The notes beneath the pieces were generated by a model, which was given only the letters and a program-made list of their open reading frames with translations, was not told the DNA's origin and did not search any database. The translations under genes and the position numbers were made by a program. From contig JAZKZR010000010.1 in NCBI GenBank assembly GCA_045612805.1, positions 263,965-327,964 on the forward strand: a stretch of 64,000 nucleotides of DNA, given 5' to 3'. Positions within the stretch are counted from its first letter, which is position 1. Each line of letters begins with the position of its first letter. Shown piece after piece: positions 58,595 to 64,000 of this stretch. The stretch is from Candidatus Enterousia sp. Its GTDB lineage: Bacteria > Pseudomonadota > Alphaproteobacteria > Rs-D84.

Positions 58595-59245
58595 ATGAAA
58601 AGATCATTACTTTGCTGTATTGGCGAATCTGGTTCTGGTAAAACAACATGGATTAATAATTTACCCAATGGTTTGTTTTATAACCTGCGTTCATATACAA
58701 CGCGCACAAAACGCAAAGAAGAGAAAGAAGGTGAAAAATATTTTTTTGTGGATGAAACTAAATTTAATTCCGAAAAATTGGTAACAAAACTTTGGGTCAA
58801 TCAAGATTTATGGACAGCGGAATCTGGTAAACCTAAATGGTTATACGGTGTCCCGGAATTTGAAATTCTCAATCATATTGGCGAAAATTTGATTTATGAT
58901 GTTATTGAACCGCGTTATGCACAACAAATGATAGATTGGATTAATGCCCAAAAGTTCGCATCTGATTATAATATTAAAACCGCCTGGTTTGTCCCACCTG
59001 TTGATGACGATATCATTAAAAAACGTGCAAATATGCCGGATGATGAAAGGGTTCGCACACAAAATACATGCAATATTTTTGATATTTTCAAATCGTTGGG
59101 ACACAAACCTGATTTTATATTACAACCACGTTGCAACAATTATGACCCAGACCTGGTTCGATATATCGGGGCACTATATTCAGATTATGAGCTTATGAAA
59201 CTTATGCATCAAAAGGAACACGAAACGCAACAGCGTCACGGATAG
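58595..59245 (+). CDS. Guanylate-kinase-like P-loop protein (divergent)
   Basis: GESGSGKTT, SYTTR.KR..E.EG..YFFV and YG motifs. Confidence 0.75.
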   Translation: MKRSLLCCIGESGSGKTTWINNLPNGLFYNLRSYTTRTKRKEEKEGEKYFFVDETKFNSEKLVTKLWVNQDLWTAESGKPKWLYGVPEFEILNHIGENLIYDVIEPRYAQQMIDWINAQKFASDYNIKTAWFVPPVDDDIIKKRANMPDDERVRTQNTCNIFDIFKSLGHKPDFILQPRCNNYDPDLVRYIGALYSDYELMKLMHQKEHETQQRHG

Positions 59246-59247
59246 TG

Positions 59248-61176
59248 TTAAACCTGGGCCGAAAGGGCGGAATATATAATCCCTAAATCGGTTTTCATCA
59301 GTGCGGCGGTCAGTTTGTCCGCCGTATCTGTTTGTTTTGCCGCGGTGATAATGCGGTCGAATGCACGCACGAATTGTGTGGCCTGAGAACGGAATACGGA
59401 ATCCGCCTTTAACAAATCGCGAATTTGTTTTTTATTTGCGGCCTTTACAACCTTGGCCATCCATTTTGCAAAAATCGTCTTGTCGCCATCGTGATATTTT
59501 TTCCAAACTACATCTGGAATATCGTTGCCCATCGCGCGTGTAAGGTCGATCATTTGTTCATACATTTTGTCAAATTCACGCGTTGACTGTGCCAAAAAAT
59601 CATGGCTACTTGCGCGGGGCATGGGATTGCCCTTGGTCGCGGTACTAATCGCCTCCATCGGGGCGGCGGCGCGTGCAACCGCCATTTGTTTGTTGAGTGT
59701 CTGCATCGTATCAACGGCCTTGGCGTAATCAGACATTAAATCAATCATCTGTTGACGCGATTGACCCGCCAATGTATCAAGTTTTGTTGCAGATTCAGAA
59801 ACAGATTCCGTTGCACCCGCCACCGTATCGCGCATATCCGAAATCTTTTTATCTAATTCCGCAACAATCGCCCCAAGGCGCATTCCCGCATCGTCCGAAC
59901 TTTGCGCCAACGCGGGTAGGGTGGCATAATACTTTTCAATAAGTTCAGATAACGGCTTTAACTGTGCGGTCGTATCCACCGACATTTTGATAAGTCCTTC
60001 GGATTGACCAGACAATTGCGTATGCGCCGCATTCATTTCGATAAGTGTTTCGCGCACACCCGTCGCCATGGATTTAACCGATTCAGAAAACGCACCGGCC
60101 GCGGCCTTGGTATCTTTTAGTGTCGTATTTGCAACACCCGACACAGTTTGCAATTCGGAAACAACATCGGTCGCAAATTCTTTAATCTCTGTTTCAAAAT
60201 GATTGGTAAGACCGGAAAGTTCACTTGATATCCCACGCACAGAACTTTCTGTTTCGGTTGCACTTTTGATAACCGTTTCAACAATTTCGGTAAGTTTTCG
60301 CAATTGTTTTTCCACCGAAGATTCCGTCAACATAATTTGGGCCCCGACAATATTTGCGGTATTGGTAAGGGTGTTCATCTGACTGGTCAATTGTTTTTTG
60401 CTTTGCCTATCAAATGTTTCAAGTTTCGTAAGGTACGTGTTCAATACCTTATTATTATTATTCATGACGCCTTCATAATTTGTGGCGGACGTCTTGATAT
60501 TTCCGAAACCTTCGACCGCACTTTTTGCTAATTCAGAAATTTCATTTTTCATTCCATCGGATTCATTCGTCATTTGTTGAAATTTCTCCGTCGTCGTATC
60601 AATTGTGCCGTTTAATTCGTTCGCAAGATTTGTTGTGTTTTCGGTCCAATTTGCAATTTTTTCATCAATCGTCGCAATTTTGTCGGATGAATCCTTGGTT
60701 GTCGCGGTGATTTTTTCCAATGTTTCACCAACCGTTGCGGCAAACCGATCGGTTGCATTTGCAACATCACCCCACGCGTCAGAATCAACGACACCGCGCA
60801 AACCCGCAACTGTATTATCAACCCGGTCGGTCATTTGCGAAACACGCATAACCGCATCATTTGCGATATTAACCAATGCCTCGTTACGTGTGGCAAGTTC
60901 GCCGCGTAATTTTTCCGCCACGCCAATTTGTGATTTTAATGTGTCGCGAATTTCGGCAAAACACCCAGATATTTTTGCAATTTCGTCCGCCATTATCGTT
61001 TGCAAAACACGCGACGCATCAACAATCTTGGCACGATCAGGCGCGGTTATAATATCAAGCATGGATTGCATCACGCGTTGCGACCGGCGGGAAATAAAGA
61101 ACAGTGCAAACAATACACCAACAAGCAATGCCCCAATCACCGAACCAACCATAATCCATATATCAATCAAAGTCAT
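59248..61176 (-). CDS. Membrane-anchored coiled-coil protein, TipN/apolipoprotein-like
   Basis: N-terminal TM segment, long helical repeats, and C-terminal WKKY..GD..IF...FR.....F...F...G.IY typical of alphaproteobacterial polar scaffold proteins. Confidence 0.65.
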   Translation of the reverse strand: MTLIDIWIMVGSVIGALLVGVLFALFFISRRSQRVMQSMLDIITAPDRAKIVDASRVLQTIMADEIAKISGCFAEIRDTLKSQIGVAEKLRGELATRNEALVNIANDAVMRVSQMTDRVDNTVAGLRGVVDSDAWGDVANATDRFAATVGETLEKITATTKDSSDKIATIDEKIANWTENTTNLANELNGTIDTTTEKFQQMTNESDGMKNEISELAKSAVEGFGNIKTSATNYEGVMNNNNKVLNTYLTKLETFDRQSKKQLTSQMNTLTNTANIVGAQIMLTESSVEKQLRKLTEIVETVIKSATETESSVRGISSELSGLTNHFETEIKEFATDVVSELQTVSGVANTTLKDTKAAAGAFSESVKSMATGVRETLIEMNAAHTQLSGQSEGLIKMSVDTTAQLKPLSELIEKYYATLPALAQSSDDAGMRLGAIVAELDKKISDMRDTVAGATESVSESATKLDTLAGQSRQQMIDLMSDYAKAVDTMQTLNKQMAVARAAAPMEAISTATKGNPMPRASSHDFLAQSTREFDKMYEQMIDLTRAMGNDIPDVVWKKYHDGDKTIFAKWMAKVVKAANKKQIRDLLKADSVFRSQATQFVRAFDRIITAAKQTDTADKLTAALMKTDLGIIYSALSAQV

Positions 61177-61263
61177 TTTTCCCCCCAATAATGTGAAATT
61201 TTATTATTCCTTGCAGTTCGGTCTTATTTATAATAAAATTTAAACAATAAAGCAAGGATATAA

Positions 61264-63861
61264 ATGATAAAAAAAGACCCGCTTTCACCCGAACAAGAAT
61301 TCGCCGCAGAACCAACACGTAATGTTTGGGTCCAGGCGAACGCCGGCACCGGAAAAACAAGTGTTTTGATTGAACGATTGTTGCGTATTTTGTTTCGCGA
61401 TAATGCGCCAAATTCCGGTATTCTGTGTCTTACCTATACCAATGCGGCGGCGGGTGAAATGCGCGGGCGCATACTTGGTGCATTGCGAAATTGGGCAATG
61501 GCGAATGACGACGAATTGCGTGAATTATTGGTTGGGGTTTCAAAAAATAAAACACCAACTGATGACGATTTGGCGCATGCACGGGCGGTGTTTTTTAAGT
61601 ATATTGATACCCCGGATTTGCTTAAAATAAAAACAATTCATGGTTTCTGCGAAGAAATCCTGCACCGTTTCCCGACCGAGGCGGGGCTTGCCCCATCGTG
61701 GTCACTTATATCGGATGCGCCACAAAGGGTGTTGTTGCATGATGCACTCGATAAACTTATAAATTCTTCGTACAACGATGCAAATGTCAAAGATGCTTTT
61801 GATTACCTGGTTGGAACAATATCGGAACATAAAATTGACGATTTATTAAAGCATCTTGAACAACAATGTAAAAACTTTTTTATGATAACAGATTTTGTTA
61901 AATATAGGAATTATTTCATTGATACGATTAAAAAAAATCTAAATTTATTCAATGTAAAACTTGGCAATATCCCCGATGTCCCAGATGAAAAACTGCAAGA
62001 AATTTTGAACAGCGCCAGGACCGAAAAGAAAATAGGAACCAAACTTGGAAACTTAATAACTTTGACCGAACAATATATTAATCAGACAATAGATTTTGAG
62101 CAATATAAACATGCATACCTAACCAATGAAGGCACACCAATAAAAACCGGTCTAAATTATCCATTTTTGTCCGAAGAGGCTCGGCGGGTTTTTGAATTAA
62201 ATGTTCGACGTATCAACGAAAAAATATATTATGATTCGATTGCGCTGTTTGATTTGTCGGCGGTGTTTGCAAAAAAATATATGGAATTAAAACGCGCACA
62301 AAATGTCCTTGATTTTGAAGATTTGATTTTATACACACATCGTTTGTTTTCAAACCCTGAAACAATGGGGTGGATTTTGTCGGCGCTTGATTTGTCGTTG
62401 TCGCACATTTTGGTTGACGAAGCCCAAGATACTGGCCCCGCCCAGTGGGAAATTTTACAAATGTTGGTTGGGGACTTTTTCGCCGAAGGCGATACGTCCG
62501 ATATGCCGCATTCGTTGTTTGTGGTTGGTGACACAAAACAATCTATCTATGGTTTTCAAGGTGCCGATGCAAACGCGTTTATAAAAAGCAAACAAGAAAT
62601 ATCAAAATATATAAAAAATAGCGTTCGTGAAATTATGGATGTTCCGCTTACGCAAAGTTTTCGTTCCACGGAACCCATTTTGCAAACGGTTGATATGTTT
62701 TTTAGCGACGAAAATGTTGCGCGCGAAACAGGGTTTACAAACAATCAGCACAAATGCTTTCGTGTTGGTGCGCGTGGCATGGTTGAAATACACGAAATAA
62801 TTTCTGCGCGAAATTCCGAACTTTCGTCTGACCGTGTTCGTAAAAATTATGTTGCCGATATTGCCGACAAAATCGCCACACTTGTGGCAGGCGGAAAATA
62901 TAAACCAAACGACTTTATGATTTTGGTGCGTCAACGCGCACCATTGGCCGCGCCGATGACTTTTGCACTTAAACAACGCGGAATACCGGTCGCGGGCAGC
63001 GATAGGATTGTTTTGCCCGAATTCCCGGTTATCAAAGATTTAATGAATCTGTTGCGTTTTTGTATGGATACAAAAGACGATTATAGTTTGTGTTGTGTTC
63101 TAAAAAGTCCAATGTTTAGATTTTCTGAAGATGATATTTATAAATTGTGCGCAAACCGAAATAAAGGCATGCCTGTTTTTGATTCGCTGGACAATTCACA
63201 TCATGATACATTTGAAATTCTTTCGGATTTTATTCGGATTTATGCAGTGTCCGGCCCATATACGTTTTTTAGTTATGTTTTGAATCATTATAATATGCGC
63301 GAAGAAATGGTTGCGGCGTTGGGCGAACATATACTTGACCCATTGGAAGAATTTATGACAATTTGTTTGTCTTATGAAAGAACACGTCCGGGAACATTAC
63401 GGCACTTTATTAAATGGTTTATAACGGGGGCAAGTGAGATAAAACGCGATATGGATACAAACAACGGTGTTCGAATTGTGACTGTCCACGGCAGCAAGGG
63501 TTTGCAATCACGTGTTGTGTTTTTAATTGATACTGTATCAATGCCGCGCCAGGTCGCACTATATGATTTAAGGGCGGGCGCGGACGATTTGCCGGTTTGG
63601 GTTTGGACGGCGCATGCACCAAAAGAATACAGCCCCGAATTTGAAGAAATCAAATCGCGTACCACCCGCACGATGAACGAAGAAAACTTTCGATTACTCT
63701 ATGTTGCGATGACGCGTGCGCGTGATGAACTTTATATATACGGGTTTTCATCAAACACAAATGCGCCCGAACTTTCGTGGCATAATATGTTATGGAAAAC
63801 TTTGTCGGCCAAGGTTGGTGTAAATGATGGCATAATAAGGATTTCAAATGAAGCAAACTAA
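61264..63861 (+). CDS. addA: AddA double-strand-break repair helicase (helicase part only)
   Basis: ANAGTGKT, TIHGFC, LVDEAQDT, VGD.KQSIYGFQGAD, TVHGSKGL and RLLYVAMTRA motifs; ends before the nuclease domain. Confidence 0.9.
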   Translation: MIKKDPLSPEQEFAAEPTRNVWVQANAGTGKTSVLIERLLRILFRDNAPNSGILCLTYTNAAAGEMRGRILGALRNWAMANDDELRELLVGVSKNKTPTDDDLAHARAVFFKYIDTPDLLKIKTIHGFCEEILHRFPTEAGLAPSWSLISDAPQRVLLHDALDKLINSSYNDANVKDAFDYLVGTISEHKIDDLLKHLEQQCKNFFMITDFVKYRNYFIDTIKKNLNLFNVKLGNIPDVPDEKLQEILNSARTEKKIGTKLGNLITLTEQYINQTIDFEQYKHAYLTNEGTPIKTGLNYPFLSEEARRVFELNVRRINEKIYYDSIALFDLSAVFAKKYMELKRAQNVLDFEDLILYTHRLFSNPETMGWILSALDLSLSHILVDEAQDTGPAQWEILQMLVGDFFAEGDTSDMPHSLFVVGDTKQSIYGFQGADANAFIKSKQEISKYIKNSVREIMDVPLTQSFRSTEPILQTVDMFFSDENVARETGFTNNQHKCFRVGARGMVEIHEIISARNSELSSDRVRKNYVADIADKIATLVAGGKYKPNDFMILVRQRAPLAAPMTFALKQRGIPVAGSDRIVLPEFPVIKDLMNLLRFCMDTKDDYSLCCVLKSPMFRFSEDDIYKLCANRNKGMPVFDSLDNSHHDTFEILSDFIRIYAVSGPYTFFSYVLNHYNMREEMVAALGEHILDPLEEFMTICLSYERTRPGTLRHFIKWFITGASEIKRDMDTNNGVRIVTVHGSKGLQSRVVFLIDTVSMPRQVALYDLRAGADDLPVWVWTAHAPKEYSPEFEEIKSRTTRTMNEENFRLLYVAMTRARDELYIYGFSSNTNAPELSWHNMLWKTLSAKVGVNDGIIRISNEAN

Positions 63862-64000
63862 ATTACACAAAATTATACAAGACCTAGAATCAAAAGAATT
63901 CGCAACGCATGCGGGGACGGACATGCATGCACAAATGGCAAAGATTAAATTTTGTGATGGTGATTTTGTTGGCCCAGCGGATATAATTTCAAAAATAAAA
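63848..64000 (+). CDS. Probable stand-alone AddA-type nuclease domain (partial)
   Basis: The ATG overlaps the end of addA; reads MKQTKLHKIIQDLESKEFATHAGTDMHAQMAKIK..., with the GT..H motif that opens RecB-family nuclease domains. Confidence 0.6.
   Translation, partial: MKQTKLHKIIQDLESKEFATHAGTDMHAQMAKIKFCDGDFVGPADIISKIK

Overview
Chromosomal window of an alphaproteobacterium (TrcR/DUF1013, AddA and TipN-like genes; the compact gene order suggests a reduced gut lineage such as Rs-D84/'Ca. Enterousia', which is inference only). 1-2.7 kb: a NUDIX, a B12-dependent radical SAM and a partial second radical SAM gene. About 3.07-24.32 kb: an integrative defence island at the 3' end of tRNA-Asn(GTT). 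It carries a SIR2-like DUF4917 gene with an unknown partner, an AbiE type IV toxin-antitoxin pair, xis and a tyrosine integrase, a 1.5 kb array of diverged non-coding modules with origin-like features, a type I R-M operon, DUF4238 and GmrSD. The R-M operon has an OLD/TOPRIM ATPase and a PD-(D/E)XK nuclease inserted into it, and ends in a three-site hsdS shufflon beside an Mpi-family serine invertase. 24.7-35.6 kb: accessory enzymes and a surface-glycan operon. 35.7-36.5 kb: an orphan phage tail-fibre gene. 36.8-64 kb: mostly housekeeping genes (rpsA, adk, corA, dacA, holB, tatD, smpB, mtaB, rpoZ, tRNA-Ser, P-type ATPase, rpsD, trpS, xerC, cysS, trcR, rpoD, split addA). The strongest leads are the hsdS shufflon, the nucleases embedded in the R-M operon, and the rep-less module array. 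Protein families were assigned by motif recognition only; no searches were run.
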